The position numbers and the translations under genes are program-made. The notes beneath the pieces are model-generated. The model was not told the DNA's origin, did not search any database, and saw nothing but the letters and a program-made list of their open reading frames with translations. DNA of 64,000 nt from Hemiscyllium ocellatum (taxonomy: Eukaryota): assembly GCF_020745735.1 (NCBI RefSeq), contig NC_083410.1:84820042-84884041 (forward strand). The letters run 5' to 3'. The stretch's first letter is position 1; each line of letters starts with the position of its first letter. Below are positions 1 to 13,431 of this stretch, one piece after another.

Positions 1-140
1 AGGGACATTTAAGCGACTCTTGGATAGGCGCAAGGAAGATAGTACAATGAAGGGTATGTAGGTTAGTTTGATCTTAGAGTAGGATAAAAGGCTGGCACAA
101 CATCGAGGGCCGCAGAGCCTGTACTGTGCTGTACTATTCT
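1..140 (+). mobile_element. CR1 LINE 3' end fragment
   Basis: GGGCC..AG.GCCTGTACTGTGCTGTACTATTCTATG tail, shared with other CR1 copies in the window. Confidence 0.7.
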
Positions 141-1424
141 ATGTTTTTGATAACAATGTACACCATCTTTTGCAAAACTTGAGAAATATTGGCAAATTAA
201 ATACACTGAAAGTTGATTTGAGCTGGAGAGAAATGATATGGGCAAGGACAATTAACTTTGTTAAGCAGCTTTAGAAACCCTGTACATTGATCTGACAAGA
301 CAAACAGGCAAGAAGTCCATTTGATGTTTGGCAAATAGATATCACGAAAATTACAATTACAATATTAGAAACTTACCACCCTTCTGACTCCAAAAGTAAA
401 TTTTTATAGCTCTCCTTCAAGATCCTAAATTTAATTACAACATATTGAAATAAAAGCAAATGTTTGCTACAAACATTACGAAATTGGATAGATCAGTTTC
501 AACCAGTTATTTATGGACTCACCACAATACGTTTGACCTCTCCCCTCTAAATTCTTAGATACAGTGAGAAATTAGCCTGAGACTGTTTTACATCCTCCAT
601 GGAGAGTGAAGGAATGCTACCAGTATCCCATGGCATCATTACTTGCGTTCAAGGCTACCATGTATACTACAATTTCACAAATGTCAATATTTGACTTCTT
701 ACACAACTTTCATTAAGAGGCAAGTACCTCAACTCTCTTTACCCACCATATTCTTCCCAGTTTCTACTAAAAATATGAATCTTCAAAGCTTCCACTACTC
801 TCATATCCACAGCTCTTTGATTTTTGACGGGGTTTAAAGTTCCAGATCTCCACCACCAAAAAATTTCCTTTTTGGTTTCCTTCCTGAATAGCCTAACTCT
901 AATTTTAAGACTACACCCATCATTTTTGGTCTCCCCAGCAGTGGAAACAGCTTCTTGAAATCCATCCAATCAAATGTCTTCAAAACTTCAAACATCTCAA
1001 ATAGACCACTGCACAATTTTGCAGTCAAGATAATACAGGCCCAATTTAGAGGGCAACGTTCAGTTGTTCTGACCCTTTTACTGGCATTCCCTTGCCACTA
1101 TTTTATAGAAAAGAAGCATTAAGCAGTCCCTGCTTAGCTATAAATCTTCTTGATTACCCTAACAGTGAGCAAAGATCCTAAAATACATCAAATCCAACTG
1201 GCTACATGAGGCAGTCCATATTATTAGTAGTTCAATGACTGAATTAGATCATTATTGAAAGCTGCATTCTATCAGAACTAATACAGAACATCAGACAAAG
1301 ATATAGAGACAAAGTGCAAGTTTTCATTCCAACATGTTTTGATCCTAACTTGCAAATTAACAAGTGATTTTATTGAGGACATATACCCATGTGCCTAGAT
1401 TGTCTTTCATGCTTATACATAAGG

Positions 1425-3095
1425 GGCCTCAATGAATATTTCTGCTCCGTGTTTACCATGGAGAAAGACATGAAGACTTGGGAACTTGGGGAAGTTAGTG
1501 GTGATAACCTGGGGACAATCCATATCACAGTAGAAGTGGTGTTGGACATATTAGAATGTATGAAGGTGGATAAATCTCCGGGTCCTGACCAAATATATTC
1601 AAGAACATTGCAAGACGCTAGAAAAGAAATTGTGGGAGCCATAGCTGATATTTTTGCTCCATCATTATCCGCGGGTGCGGTCCCGGAAGACTGGAGGGTA
1701 GTGAATGCTCTGCCCTTCTTCAAGAAGGGCTGCAAAGAAAAACCTGGGAACGATAGATCAGTAAGCCTAACAACTTGATAGATAAGTTACTTGAGAAGAT
1801 TCTGAGTAATAATTCACATCGATTTGGAAAGACAGGGCTTGATTAGGAGTAGTTAGCATGGTTTTGAGTGGGGAGATCATGCCTCACAAATTTGAGAGAA
1901 TTCTTTGAAGAAGTGACCAGGAAAGTTGACAAAGGCAGGGTGGTAGTCTATATGGATTTCAGTAAGGCCTTTGGTAAAGGTTCAACATGGTAGGCTGTTC
2001 TGGAAGGTTAGATCGCGTGGAATCGAGGGCAAACTGGCAAATTGGATATAAAATTCGCTTGATGGTAGGAAGCAGACAATAAAAGTGGAAGGATGCTTGT
2101 GAGTGGAGTACCTCAGGGGATGGTGCTGGGCCCATTGCTGTTTGTTATCTATATCAAAGATTTGGATGAGAACTTACAAGGCAGGATTAGTAAGTTTGCA
2201 GATGACACTAAAATAGGTGGTATCATGGACAGATGAGGAAGATTATCAGAAACTGCAGCAGGACCTTGATCAGCTAGGCAAGTGGGCTGAGAAATGGCAA
2301 ATGGAGTTTAATATGGATAAGTGTGAGGTCTTGCAATTTGGAAAGTCAAATCAAGGTAGGAATTTCATGGTGAATGGTAGGGCCTTTAGGTGTGTAGTGG
2401 AATAGAAGAACCTTAGAGTTCAGGTGCATGGTTCTCTGAAAGTGGAATTACAGATAGACAGGGTAGCAAAGGAGGCTTTTGGCATGTTGATGTTCATCAG
2501 TCAGGGCAGGGAGTATAGTAGCTGCGGTTATGTTACAGTTGGACAGGACATTGATGAGGCTGCACTTGGGAGTATCATGTTCAGTTCTAGTCACCTTGCT
2601 CTTGGAAGGATGTCATTAATCTGGAAAGAGTGCAGAAGAAATTTACAAGGATGTTGCCAGGAGTCAATAGTCTGAGTTACAGGGTCAGGTTGGACAGGCT
2701 AGGAGACTGAGGGGGGATCTTATAGAAGCATATAAGATTATGAGAGGCATAGATCGGGTGAATGCACTCAGTCTTTTTCCCACGGTTGGGAAATCGAGGA
2801 CTAGAGAGCATTGATTTAAGGTTAGAGGGGAAAGAATAAAAGGGAACCAGAGGGGCAACTTTATTTTCACACAGAGGGTGGTACGCACATGTAAATGAGC
2901 TGCTAGCAGAAGTGGTTGAGGTGGATACATTAACAATATTTAAAAGGTATTTGAACAAATACATAGATAGGAAAGGTTCAGAAGGATATGGTGCAAGTGC
3001 AGGGAAATGGGGTTAGAGTGGATGGATATTTTCATTGGCATGGACCAGATTGGGCCAAAGGGCCTACCTCTGCACTGTAAGACTCTATGACATAT
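1425..3095 (+). mobile_element. 5'-truncated CR1 LINE (degenerate ORF2 reverse transcriptase)
   Basis: KSPGPD, VPEDWR, FKKG, KFADD and LQQDLDQLGKWAEKWQMEFN motifs with frameshifts; CR1 3' tail. Confidence 0.9.
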
Positions 3096-3130
3096 TATGC
3101 ACTGAGCACAGTTTCAACAACATTACGTAC

Positions 3131-3252
3131 TTGTTGCCATGTGAGCTTCAGTCTCTCAAAGTGGTCCTTCCCGTCTTCCGCACAGTCTGAACAAGTGAAT
3201 CGAAAGAAGTTATCACCCCGCAAGTAACTAGGATGTTCTGCCCTTAGCTGAG
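3131..3252 (-). CDS. KAT14: KAT14 second coding exon ((T)QLRAEHPSYLRGDNFFRFTCSDCAEDGKDHFERLKLTWQQ)
   Basis: Acceptor CTGCAG|CT after a long pyrimidine tract and donor CAA|GTACGT. Phase fits the previous exon. Matches KAT14 SYLKGDNFFRFTCSDCSADGKEQYERLKLTWQQ. Later exons were not seen in the window. Confidence 0.95.
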
Positions 3253-3256
3253 CTGC

Positions 3257-3305
3257 AGAGAGAAAGAAAGAAAGAAAGAAAAAGAGAGGTTGAAAGAAAG
3301 AAAGG
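3257..3305. repeat. (GAAA)n/(GA)n simple repeat
   Basis: Direct reading. On the minus strand it forms the pyrimidine tract of the KAT14 acceptor. Confidence 0.8.
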
Positions 3306-3579
3306 AAGGGACTGATTTATGTTGAAACATGAAAAGAAAATTACTTTTATAAAGATAACAAAGTATTTCAAGTCAATGGATTATGCAATGTATAGGATAT
3401 GCTCTGCCAAACTCCAAAATACAAGTTGCTTCAAGCAAAGCTGATGAGACATCTCATGCTAAATGACTTGCACCATATGCCTCTTCCAAGTACTTTTTTC
3501 CATCTTCCATAATTGTCAACCTCACAACTAGATTTCATACCAGAACTAAGTGATTGTTTTGAACTGTTCCAAGTGATGA

Positions 3580-3920
3580 CAAGGATAATGATACAGGGAA
3601 TGCAGTAGCCAATTTTCACACTGCTGAGTGCGATGAACACTGAAATAAATTGCCACATATTAGGTTTTAACGAGTGATTGAGGGATAAATATTGGGCAGG
3701 AAAACCAAAAATAAATCCTCTATCCATCTTCAAAATACTGATGGATTTGAAAACTTCCATTAGCAGAAAAGACAGACAAATTCTAGATTCAGCAGAAAGC
3801 ACCTCCAACAGTGCAGCACAACTTCAGTACTGCCCAGGACCATCAGCAAAGATTTTATAGAGGTCTCTGGAGTGACATTTGGAATGAAAGGTGAGTATCC
3901 TACCCACAAACACTCCTTGT
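3580..3920 (-). mobile_element. Ancient Deu-domain SINE (SacSINE1/AmnSINE1-like), degenerate
   Basis: GAGGGATAAATATTGG.CAGGA and GCACCTCC.ACAGTGCAGCAC..CTTCAGTACTGC resemble the reverse complement of the Deu core as I recall it. Related copies at about 5380-5590 and 45100-45340. Confidence 0.55.
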
Positions 3921-4619
3921 CTGGCTCTGCATTCAAATCCTCCACTTCAGGTGGTGAAGGTACCGAGTATCTGATGCATACAGACTTAATATAACATCCA
4001 GGCCCTGGTGAATGGTGAGTTCAATGCCATCAGCTAGACTGGCCCTGGAAGCACCAATTGGCCTTTTGGCTTAATTTAGAATGGCAAAAATAAGCCACAG
4101 TTCTCACTCTCCAGTGTGCTTGCTGGAAGTATGAAATAGGTCATGCAGATTTGTGTTTGAACAGGATTCCACTCCTACGCCAGTAACATGCTCAAACAGT
4201 TTGCAAACAGCAATTGGTGAGGTGGTGGAAATAAATCAGTTTTCATAAGAAACGTACCTAGTGAGGAGTGAGTGACACAAAGAAAAGGAAATGTAAATAA
4301 GAGAAAAAATTAAAACCATGAAAGCCACAGTTTTTATTCAGAATATAAATCCACTGTATTTTGTTCATAATAAAATTGATGTCAAATGTCAAAAACCTCA
4401 TTTTTGAAGTACCTGTACATCAAATAAGGATTCTAATAATTGTAAAGATTCACCTTTGTATTCTACAACTAAACCAGTGTCACAAATCAGCAATCCCGAA
4501 TTCTTAAGCTAGTTAGCACAAACAATCACGACTGGATGCTGTTTATTGTTTTAATTGAGTGCTAAGAGTATTTGCATTGATATTTCCTGAAAGATTCTGA
4601 AACCAACAAAGTGCTATTG

Positions 4620-5042
4620 CGACTGGGCTTGTATACCCTTGAGTTTAGAAGACTGGGGGGCAATCTGATTGAGACATATAAGATTATTAAAGGATTGGAC
4701 ACTCTGGAGGCAGGAAACATGTTCCCGCTGATGGGTGAGTGCCGAACCAGAGGACACGGCTTAAAAATACGGGGTGGATCATTTAGGACAGAGATGAGGA
4801 GAAACTTCTTCACCCAGAGAGTGGTGGCTGTGTGGAATGCTCTGCCCCAGAGGGCAGTGGAGGCCCAGTCTCTGGATACATTTAAGAAAGAGGTGAATAG
4901 AACTCTCAAGGATTGTGGAATCAAGGGTTATGGAGATACGGCAGGAACAGGATACTGATTAAGGATGATCAGCCATGATCATATTGAATGGTGGTGCAGG
5001 CTCGAAGGGCAGAATGGCCTACTCCTGCACCTATTGTCTATA
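4620..5042 (+). mobile_element. CR1 LINE 3' fragment (relatively young)
   Basis: LGLYTLEFRRLGGNLIETYKII...RTRGH...FFTQRVV.VWNALP plus CR1 3' UTR. Confidence 0.9.
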
Positions 5043-5669
5043 TTGCATTCATGATGATATTGCTGTCAGAATGGGATGTAGATTTTCTTTTGCTAGTGTT
5101 CAGTGGCAACACAAAAACGAAACAGTTAATCAGCATGATGTATTTAAGTTTTGAAAAGAAATATCAATAAGCTTTTAGGGTACTGTTCAATGTACATTTG
5201 AACAAATTTATAAATCAATTATTATATAAAGCACAGGAAACATCGATTCTTAGTTAAGTCCCTAATAACATTGAAACGTGGTACTGAAAAGGATGCAGAA
5301 ACAGTTCCATTAACAATCCTACAATGACTGAAATGAGGGAGCACAATGATGCAGTCAAAAAAACATTTGCTATCAGTTTGTAGTACTACTTTGGTATGCT
5401 CTTAACCATATGCAGCAACCATTTCACACACAATACAGTATTATTAATAGCAGTGATGTGATTAATGTGTATTCACACTAGGTGAGGAAAGAATGTTAGC
5501 TGGAAATACAAGATGAAACTGTGCACTTTTCTCACTGAAATTGCCAGATCATCAACATCTGTCAGGATAACCACAGCTTAATGTCTCATTCACTCAAAAG
5601 GAATTTAGAACACGATTCATGGGTTATCACCAACAATGGCAGCATTTCTTGTTCATCTTCAATTTCGCC

Positions 5670-6880
5670 CAAGAAAATGCTGGTCAGCCATCTTGAAGAA
5701 CCATTGTAGATTTGTGATAAGTACACGTTTAGTGATGTTCAGGAGGGAGTTCTAGGACATCTACCTAGCAAAATTAAAGAAACAACAATATCCTTCCAAG
5801 TAAGCAGTTGCTATTTGGAGTGTTTCTTGCAAGTCGTGAAATTCCCAGGTGCCTGATGGCCTCATCCTTGTCAAATGGAAGAGATTGTGACTTTAGAATG
5901 TGCTGTCAAAGAAACCTTGATGCATTACTGCAACCCATCTTGCATCGGCGGCGCAAAGAGTCAATATGTAAAATGGTGGACAAAGTACAATTCAGGAACG
6001 TCATTTGTTCTTGAACAGGCCCTCTTGAATATTGTTAGAGCTACATTCATCAAGGTAAGCATGAGGAATATTTTATCTTGCTCCTGACTTGTGCCTCATG
6101 GATGGTGGAAAGGCTTTGCTGAATCAGGAGGCAAGTTACTCACTGCAGAATACCCAGATTCTGACCAACTCTTGTAGCCAGAGAATTTGCACGGCTGGTC
6201 CAGTTAGGTTTCTAGTCAATGATGACCCCTGCAGGACATTGATGGTGTGGATTCAATGACAGTAATACCATTGAATATCTAAGTGGTTAGATTGCTTAAA
6301 TCTGGAGTGGTGCTTATATTACTTGCCATTATCAACCCAAGCCTGAACATTCAACATGCAGCAGCACCTGGACAAAGACTGCTTCACTACATGAGGAGTT
6401 ACAAATGCAATTAACCCGCTATTGTCATTAGCGAACAACATTCGTTTCTGATACTGTGGAGGAGGTAGGTCATAGAAGAAGCTGTGAAGGATGGTTAGGG
6501 TGAAGACTCTGCCTTGACAAACTCTTGCAGCTGAGATGTTTGATTCCCAACAATAAACACCTTCCTAAATTTGGCTCCAGTAAGTGGTAAGACTTCCCTA
6601 ATACTTATTACTTCAATTTTACTGAGACATTTGATGCCACATTTAGTCAAATGTTGCTGGAACATTAAGGGCTGTCATTCTCACCTTTTGAACTTAGCTC
6701 TTTTGTCTTTAGTTAGAGCAAAGCTTTAACAAACTTTGGAGCCTAGAGATTCTGGCAGAACCCAAACTGAACAGCATTGAGCAAGTTGTTGCTGTACCAT
6801 AACACTATCAATGACTCCTTCTGTTGATTTACTGATGAATGCAAATAAACTGAAGGATGCAATTTGCCAGGTTTGAATTG
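5670..6880 (-). mobile_element. Degenerate LINE (CR1-superclade RT) fragment
   Basis: Similar to 26540-27990, whose minus strand encodes ...VVVVGGQ...SAGVPQGSILGP. Confidence 0.6.
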
Positions 6881-7242
6881 TACCAGTAAGTGGTTCATTG
6901 CAAAAATATCAAGTAGAAATCAGACCCGTAGAAATCAGACCCATTGCAATCCATTGCACATCAAGATTTCATGTAACTTAAGCTGGCAGTGGACTTGGAA
7001 CTATATCTCTTGGCAATGCATGACATATAGTTCTTTGTCCACTACACACTTTAATGGATATTACTTCATTCAAATCTTCATATGATATGAACACAACTTA
7101 TAGAAATGTCCTACATTGGAGGAAAAGGAAGCCCATGAAAAGCAAAAATTGGAAAATGCTGCAATTGCACAAAGCCAGTCACCTTTGAAGACAGAAAATA
7201 ATGTGGGTTTAGATCCTTTGCCAGACCTAGACTGAAGACAAT

Positions 7243-7552
7243 ATTAGATTAGATTAGATTACTTACAGTGTGGAAATAGGCCCTTCAACCCAACAAGTCC
7301 ATACCGACCCGCTGAAGCGCAACCCACCCAGACCCATTCCCCTACATTTACCCTGCACCTAACACTACGGGCAATTTAGCATGGCCAATTCACCTGGTGC
7401 TGTGGGAGGAAACCGGAGCACCCGGAGGAAATCCACGCAGACACTGGGAGAATGTGCAAACTCCACACAGTCAGTCGCCTGAGGCAGGAATTGAACCCAG
7501 GTCTCTGGCGCTGTGAGGCAACAGTGCTAACCAATGTGCCACCGTACCACCC
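7243..7552 (-). mobile_element. HE1-type V-SINE
   Basis: tRNA-like head with A/B boxes, central GTGTGGAGTTTGCACATTCTCCC domain and (TAATC)n tail. Inserted into a hammerhead-family-2 remnant. Confidence 0.9.
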
Positions 7553-8088
7553 ACTTGAGTCTGATTGCATTTAATACCATTAAGAGACTAAATGAACTTT
7601 TGAGGTTCCAGTCCTGATTGACATCCTTCAGACCTGCTGTATTTATAGCATTTTCCATACTATTATTTTTTTCTTTCCAGGAGATAATTGTATTAAATTT
7701 ATAAAAGAAAACAATGATGGTCAGTTCTATGATGCAATGGTTATATCCTTCAGCAACCCCACATTATACAAAAATTGTGCTTTAGAGAAACAGCGCTTAA
7801 AGTTTTGGTGGTGTAATCACATTAAGCCAACACACGTTTTTAAAGTTCACACTTTAGAAACAGCGTCCCCAATCCATCAATCGTGTTACAACAAATTTGC
7901 ATTTATGAAACACAGGTTATAACACTAAACCTAACCTTGCAACTGCAAGAATCAAGTTACGAAGGTGACAGCAAATTGTAAATATAAACAAAGTTTCACT
8001 GTACTATTAGAAACACTGGGTAGAATTTTTTTCTTTTTGATTCCAAGTGTGAAGGCTGGCCTAGTAGCAGAAAGGAAGCCTGTTCAAG

Positions 8089-8322
8089 GAGGAGAAAGTG
8101 AGGACTGCAGATGCTAGAGATCAGAGTCAAGAATGTGGTGCTGGAAAAGCACAGCAAGTCAGGCAGCATCCAAGGAGAAGGAAAATCAACGTTTCGGGCA
8201 TAAGTCCTTCATCAGAGTTTCCTGAAGGTTTCCTGTTCCTTGGCTGCTGCCTGACCTGCTGCGCTTTTCCAGCAACACATTTTCAGCTCTGATCTCCAGC
8301 ATCTGCAGACCTCATTTTCACC
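8089..8322. mobile_element. Hammerhead-bearing short inverted-repeat element, family 1
   Basis: Long inverted arms. Minus-strand CTGATGA-A-GGAC-TTAT-GCCC-GAAAC-GTT at 8215-8188. Confidence 0.75.
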
Positions 8323-8369
8323 TCTCATGAACTGATCAATATATTCCAATCACAAATAAGAATATACCA

Positions 8370-9870
8370 AGTTAATAGGTATGAATAGAGAGCTGACCAA
8401 GGCCAATCAGATGAATTGGCTAAAAGTTATGATAGTAAATAAACATATCGGAGATATTCCAAATGTTCAACAAAAATACATTTCAATGAAAAACAAAGAC
8501 TATATGATAAAAATCTAAGCATGGCTTAGTAAGGGTTTAAAAGGTAGTATTAAGTTAAAAGAAGAAGCTTACAACACTATAAAGAAGTGTTAAGTCTGAA
8601 GAATACGAGTACTTTAGAAAAAAAAGAGCCATCAAAATGCTGATAAAAAGAGAAAAATTAAATGAGATTAAAGCAGCCAATAATGTACGAAACTGGTTAA
8701 TACAGAGAAAAAAAAAGAGTAGCTGAAGTAATATTGATCCCTTAGAAGCAGAGACCGAAGAAACGATCATGAAAAATAAAGAAACGGTAGAGGTGTTAAA
8801 CAAGTATTTCAAAATCTAGAGATTAATCAAGAGTGAGGAAATTGAGCGAGTTAATATCAATAAAGCAAAAGCACTAGGAAAATTCATGGAATCAAAATCT
8901 AACAATTCACAGGATTGAATGATTAACATCCTAGCACTCTTAAAAGAGTTGGCTGGCAATATAGTGAGTTCACTAGTTATGATTTTTCAGACTTCTCTAA
9001 ATTCTGGAACAGTTCCAGCAGACTAAAAATTAGCCAATATAATTCTGATATTTAAGAAAGGAAAAAAGCAAAGAACTGTAGGCCAGATAGTTCAACTATG
9101 GTAATCAAGAAAGTGCTGGAATCTATTATGAAGAAAGTCTTAACATTGTTATGCTTTTCTAATTACAATCAGATCAAATCAACTTAGTTTTAAGAAAGGA
9201 GAATCCAGGATGATAAAATATATTGAGATGGTTTTGAGGATGTAATCAATAGTATAGACAAAGGGAACCAATAGATATAGTAGACTTGCATTTTCAAAAG
9301 GCTAGGTTCTCTTGAAAGCTCAATAGACAAAATAAGAGTTCCTGGAGTTGCAGGTGATATATTAGCATGGATAGAGGATTAGTGGATAGGAACCAGCCGA
9401 AGAAATAAATGGACTTTTTTTTAAACATTGGTAGATATTCAATGGAGTACTGCAATATCAGTGCTGCGGCCTCAGCTACATAAAATCTATAATCATGACT
9501 TAGAGGAAGAGATAAAGAGTAATACATCTATGTTTGTTGCATTCTCTCCTAGCTGCATACCAGCAAGTTGTGAAGAGGACAAACAGATTGAAAAAGAACA
9601 TGCACATTGGTTAAGTGAGTGGAATACAAGGTGGTAGATCGAGTATGGTGAAGAATGAGATTATTTACTTTGGTCTGAAAAGAAGATTTATAACTTTAAA
9701 CATCTTGTAAAAATAGTCAATATCAAATGTTCAGAGAGGCTCGGACATACTTGTAAAATGAACACAAAAAGCATGTAGGAACAGCAAACAGCTAGGAAAA
9801 CAACTGGCATGTTGGCCTTTCTGACAAGGAGTTGGCATAGAAGAATAAAGCTATGGCTTTGGTGAGGGTG
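8370..9870 (+). mobile_element. Old degenerate CR1 LINE
   Basis: Remnants of VP.DWK.AN and DFQK motifs and the 3' ORF2 region; many stops. Confidence 0.7.
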
Positions 9871-9989
9871 TCCTATGCCTACTTTGCTTGTGCCTCAATT
9901 CACTCATTTGATGCAAATTGTTCTTGATCCTGTGCCACCTGTTCAGAAGCTTCATCCACATTCTCATCAAATGAAGAAAAAGAATCAAT

Positions 9990-10440
9990 GATATGAAATT
10001 CCACAAGGCCTCCCTCTCTGCAGGGCTCGAGATTGTGCAGAGTACAGTGAACTACCATGGTACAAGACACCAGCACTAGAATATGCTGAAGGCCTCCACT
10101 AGATTAGCATAGGCATCCACAGCCATCTTCAGTAACTTAATGGCCTATATGTCACTTTATTGAGCAAGGAGAAAGTGCCATATTTCTCTGCTATTGCAAT
10201 GAGTGCTCCTCTCAGGCATGGGCACCATATCCTCAAAGAACAGCGCTTATGCTGAGGATTCACTTTCAACAGTTGCAGAATTGCACACAGATGGCATGGA
10301 AGCTCTCTTGTTCACAGAGGCCACTGACTGAGCACTGGGAAACTTCACAATCATGTGTGCAGTCAATACCACCTCAGTGAATCCAGCCATAGTCCCCAAA
10401 GTCCCCTTTGCTGGTCCTTTTTGCAAATGTGACACTGCTC
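9990..10440 (-). mobile_element. PIF/Harbinger transposase remnant
   Basis: Frameshifted motifs IDCTHM.VK.P...VN.K.FH and IKLLKM...SGGLQ...HCTLHNL.LQRG, typical of HARBI1-like DDE transposases. Confidence 0.55.
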
Positions 10441-10461
10441 CAGAGAATCACTTGCAGAATA

Positions 10462-10860
10462 TACTGTATATACTCAAATAATAGCCAATCTCATGAAAAC
10501 ATTACCCCTACTTTTAGCCAAAAACATCTGGAGTTTTCCATTTATCTCATGTAAAAGTCGGCCCTAGTTCTTCACAGATCAACATTTGTGAGCCAGTCTG
10601 CCAGCCATCCAGTGTGCCAGCTGTCGCACTCTGCTCCTGAAATCCATTCCGCTGGCCGTCGCACTCCGCTCCGGGTTTCCAGAATTATTGTAATTTGTTA
10701 TGTTTTCTTTTAATTATTTAGAGATTAATTGGGCTTCTGCTAACGATCAGTACGAATTGTGACAGCCATGAATTCCAGCCTCTCAGAAGTAAAATCCATG
10801 TAATAGTCGACTCTGTAAATTTAACCTTAAAGTAAAAGAAAATTTGACTAAATATGGTAT
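10462..10860. mobile_element. Small non-autonomous DNA transposon (Tc2/pogo-like MITE)
   Basis: Ends TACTGTATATACTC... and ...AATATGGTA resemble degenerate CCGTAT-type TIRs. Repeated internal ATGTAA(T/A)AGTCG motif. Confidence 0.4.
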
Positions 10861-11520
10861 ATCCTGCCTCGCTGACACCTTTGTATGACCCCTTCGCAAT
10901 AGTGATGGCACTCATGTAGGTTTTTACTGCCAGCTAGAAATGGTCATTGTTCACAATCCTCCCCCTTCCAGCACATTTTGCCTTTCAGATAATTAGTAGA
11001 GGCAACACTGATGCCCCACCTCAATGCTATGACTTCTAGCTGGTCAGGTTTTGAAGATGCGCTAATCTCATGCACTGCTCAAAAATACAAACTGCATCAT
11101 AAAATTCAAGTCAGTTATATTCAAACTTATGTTGATTACTTTCTATCAAGCTCAAATGACATCCCATGTCACAGCACAATGTTCAGCCATCTTTCCCACT
11201 GCTTGTAAATTCCCTACAAGAAATTCCTCCCCATATGCTCCAGTGCCTCATACCCCACTTACAAACCCTGTAAATTTCAGCTCGTCAGTAATCATCCTCT
11301 TCCTATGCTTATAACATTATCCACAACATATAAAATTCGCATTGAGTGGACAATTACATGAATCTTTCTTCCCTGAACTGCTCTCCCAACCTTCCCCTTA
11401 TACAAAATCAGCTGACCTCCATTCATTATAATTTATACACAGCCAATTCACAAGCTAGATTGATAACTGGGGGAAGCACAAAATGAATAAGAGTTAAGGA
11501 ATACAAGGAAACTCTGATGT

Positions 11521-11726
11521 AGATTATTACAGTGTAGAAACAGGCCCTTCGGCCCAACAAGTCCACACCGGCCCGCCGAAGTGCAACCCACCCAGACCCA
11601 TTCCCCTACATTTACCCCTTCACCTAACACTACAGGCAATTTAGCATGGCCAATTCACCTAACCTGCACATTTTTGGGCTGTGGGAGGAAACCCTCGCAG
11701 ACACAGGGAGAATGTGCAAACTCCAC
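11521..11726 (-). mobile_element. HE1-type V-SINE, truncated
   Basis: Tail and central domain shared with other copies. Confidence 0.85.
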
Positions 11727-12514
11727 TTGGTTCATTTCTATTTTCATCCCCAAACTTTGGTAATACAGAAATTACACTTACGCAAACCAAGAAGCTAGTG
11801 GACTGGCAGAAATAGGTTCCTGAACCTTATTTACAAATTAAGGGTGATCTGGAAGCATCTAATGCACCTCCACAGATAGTCCACTGCAGAAGAAAATTTA
11901 TTTCAGGTCACCTGCAGCGGCCCTCAGGTAGGTTCAAAAAAAGGGTGATTGCTACGCTAAGTCACATGGACACTACTGCTCTGCCTGAGAAAGTTATTTC
12001 TTACAAAGTATAAATTTAAACATATTTAGGTGAAGATCACAGCAGTCTGTAAAGAAGCCAAAGGAAAGGCTGCCTGATTCAGAAATAACTAATTTTATAT
12101 AGAAGATCTTCAAAAGGCAGTATACTCTTAATTAAATCGATTCTGGGAACCTAATTCTGGCTTAGACTTCCAACAAGTCTGCCTAATATGAAACCCATGT
12201 ATTTAGAAGTAGGCTAACAACTGCAGGTTCTCATTCATACGGTTTGTTTTGCACACTTTTTAAGCCTTTTAAGAACCAGTGCAATACATACAATTTCAAA
12301 GAAATTAAAATGGCTACAATGTCTCTCACATATCTGAGAAATCTGGATTTTTATGATAAATTTTCAAAGGTTGTTGTAACCTTTTATCATTTTCGTAAAT
12401 CTTGCAGCATTTTAGGCCCATGCAGAATCCTACTGCAATTCTGGTAATCATTTAGTAGGTTTGGCAGCATTTGTGGAGAGAGGAACACATTTAACTTTAG
12501 AGTCTATTATGACT

Positions 12515-12682
12515 AGGAGAAAGTGAGGACTGCAGATGCTGGAGATCAGAGCTGAAAATTGTGTTGCTGGAAAAGCGCAGCAGGTCAAGCAGCATCCAAG
12601 GAGGGCTTATGCCCGAAACATCAATTCTCCTGTTCCTTGGATACTGCCTGAAATGCTGCGCTTTTCCAGCAACACATTTTTC
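12515..12682. mobile_element. Family-1 short element nested inside a family-2 element (about 12450-12770)
   Basis: 14-bp TSD AGTCTATTATGACT at 12501-12514 and 12683-12696; inverted arms; partial hammerhead (GGGC-TTAT-GCCC-GAAAC). Confidence 0.8.
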
Positions 12683-13080
12683 AGTCTATTATGACTCCTT
12701 CCCAGAGGAAGCCAGACCTACTGAGTTTCACCAACATTTTGTCTTTTAATTTAGGATCTCTAGTATTTTGCTCTTCTATTGACAATCAAAATGGAGGCTA
12801 ATACTGCATCTAATCTACCAATAGATTTATTTTGTCTTTTAGTATTACTTATGGATATGATTAAATTTTCATAATCCTATTTTTTAAAAAGTGCATTTTC
12901 AGCGTACAAAACACATTACCATAAGCAGTTCGAATGCCTTTCATTTTTTACTGAATTCTACCACATAAGATTAATTTTCCACTATAATTTTGAGAAAAGT
13001 TTTGGATATTACAGCAATTCCATTATTTTAGTCTAATAAAAAGTACCACTGTTTCACTATTTCAGGAGTAATATACATAC

Positions 13081-13348
13081 TTGCAGGTATCCATTTCTGG
13101 CATTTGTCACAGTAATACGACATCTCTTCCATCCAGGATGCTTCCCCTTCATCACCTAACTCACTGTTCAAAGAATCCCCACTGTGATCGTGGGACAGAT
13201 CTACCGAAGCCTGATCTTCTGACTCAACTATTAGTAGGGTTTCCCCTTCAACTTCTCCTTCCTCCAAGCCTTCAGAGGCAGTCATTCGTGCACATTCATC
13301 CTCCATTTGGTGAGCCGTTAAGCTTTTTGTCTCTTCATTATCATCCAT
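13081..13348 (-). CDS. KAT14: KAT14 (CSRP2BP/ATAC2) lysine acetyltransferase, first coding exon
   Basis: SEGLEEGEVEGETLLIVESEDQASVDLSHD.SGDSLNS and SY.CDKCQKWIPA match the KAT14 N-terminus. Strong Kozak AAGATGG. Donor A|GTATGT at 13081/13080, phase 1. Confidence 0.95.
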
Positions 13349-13425
13349 CTTCCCAAACCCCTGGCAAAGCTTACACTAGAAAGAGTCAATGGCTAGAACA
13401 TCACAGCAGTCACCCAAATAGCAGC

Positions 13426-13431
13426 TTTATT
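13426..13431 (-). terminator. Candidate polyadenylation signal AATAAA for a monocistronic PET117 mRNA
   Basis: AATAAA on the minus strand 130 nt after the PET117 stop, followed by GT/T-rich sequence. Confidence 0.5.

Noticed and set aside
1-3130. Third KAT14 coding exon (VVMLAMYNL...)
   Set aside because: Not found by eye on the minus strand; presumably beyond the window edge.
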